Shown here in pieces: positions 63,110 to 64,000 of a stretch of 64,000 nucleotides of DNA. The stretch spans positions 224,001-288,000 of the forward strand of contig CAVVYR010000007.1 in NCBI GenBank assembly GCA_963752475.1, written 5' to 3'. The notes under the pieces are model-generated. The model saw only the letters and a list, made by a program, of their open reading frames with translations. It had not been told where the DNA came from and did not search any database. The position numbers and the translations under genes are program-made. Position 1 is the first letter of the stretch. Each line of letters starts with the position of its first letter. The stretch comes from an uncultured Chloroflexia bacterium (GTDB lineage Bacteria > Chloroflexota > Limnocylindria > Limnocylindrales > CSP1-4).

Positions 63110-63952
63110 ATGACCGTGACCCCGGAGGTCCAGCAGGGCCGCAAGGTCGAGCCGGCGCCAGCGACCAAGCCGCAGGGCTCAGCAAGCCGTGGCTTCGGTG
63201 ACACGTTCCGCCTGGACCGCTGGATCATCAAGCCTGCGCTCATCGCCGGCGGCCTCATCGCCTTCATCCTCTACGCGACCTGGTCGTCGATCTTCGGCAT
63301 CCCGTACTTCGGCTTCGACTACGCGGCCAACGGCTATCACTCGCCCTTCTTCGGTATCGACCTCGGCGGAGCGCTGAACCTGCCGGCCTGGTTCAGCGCG
63401 GCCATCCTCGTGCTCTGGATCCAGGTCTTCTTCCGCGCCACCTGCTACTACTTCCGCGGCGCGTACTACAAGGCCTTCTTCCTCGATCCGCCCAGTTGCG
63501 CGGTCGGTGAGCCCAAGATCCATCGTCGCTTCGCGATGGAGAACAAGTTCCCGTTCATCCTCATGAACGCGCACCGCTTCGCGCTCTACCTCGCCTTCAT
63601 CCCGTTGGTCGTGCTGTGGTGGGACCTCGTCGTCTCGATGGTCCACGACGGTCAGTTCCGACTCGGCCTGGGCGTCTTCCTCATCGCCGCAGACGCGATC
63701 CTGGTCACGCTCTACGTGGGCTCCTGCCACTCGTTCCGGCACCTCGTCGGCGGCTCCATGGACTGCTTCAGCTGCACGGCCTACACCGAGACGCGCCACG
63801 GCATCTGGAAGTGGGTCAGCCGTATCAACGTGCGCCATGGCACCTGGGCCTGGCTGAGCCTCTTCAGCATCGTGCTGGTGGATCTCTACGTGCGCGCGCT
63901 CGCACTGGACATCATCAACGAGGCCACCCCCATCATCGGAGGCTTCCTGTAG
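63110..63952 (+). CDS. Succinate dehydrogenase membrane anchor (mycobacterial Sdh1 Rv0249c-like)
   Basis: FRATCYYFR.AY, DPP.CAV.E, N.HR, SCHSFRHLVGG..DCFS; precedes the flavoprotein. Confidence 0.8.
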   Translation: MTVTPEVQQGRKVEPAPATKPQGSASRGFGDTFRLDRWIIKPALIAGGLIAFILYATWSSIFGIPYFGFDYAANGYHSPFFGIDLGGALNLPAWFSAAILVLWIQVFFRATCYYFRGAYYKAFFLDPPSCAVGEPKIHRRFAMENKFPFILMNAHRFALYLAFIPLVVLWWDLVVSMVHDGQFRLGLGVFLIAADAILVTLYVGSCHSFRHLVGGSMDCFSCTAYTETRHGIWKWVSRINVRHGTWAWLSLFSIVLVDLYVRALALDIINEATPIIGGFL

Positions 63953-64000
63953 TGGCCGGTATCGAGACCCGACCGCACGACGTCCTCATCATCGGCGCCG
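63952..64000 (+). CDS. Succinate dehydrogenase/fumarate reductase flavoprotein, 3'-partial
   Basis: MAGIETRPHDVLIIGA start of an FAD-binding motif; GTG overlaps the upstream stop. Confidence 0.7.
   Translation, partial: MAGIETRPHDVLIIGA

Overview
High-GC bacterial chromosomal window. The RpoD, DnaG and hypothetical proteins look Chloroflexota-like; this is an inference, not searched. Housekeeping blocks: amino-acid ABC transporter, mtnN, dnaG-rpoD, tRNA-Asn, gluQRS, two sulfurtransferases, msrA, parA-parB, acyl-CoA carboxylase with methylmalonyl-CoA mutase and epimerase, a DEAD-box helicase, sucCD and the start of an sdh operon. TetR-regulated modules and secreted hypothetical proteins lie between them. 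The most unusual part is a roughly 9.3-kb internally duplicated island (9834-19077). It encodes two PadR regulators, two small coiled-coil proteins (one below the ORF-track cutoff), a radical SAM protein, two ZnuA/TroA-fold lipoproteins that share His->Cys and His->Tyr ligand changes, an intact class I aldolase plus a full-length paralog missing the catalytic lysines, gpmA, a TusA-fold protein lacking the CPxP cysteine and a DUF89 remnant. A shared TATGCT-N3-AGCAT palindrome overlaps its putative promoters. Also notable: RpoD carries a PTS-EIIB-like insertion in region 3, many genes have leaderless promoter geometry, and there are several repeat families. No CRISPR array, rRNA, integrase or transposase was recognised. 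All family calls come from motif recognition by eye.
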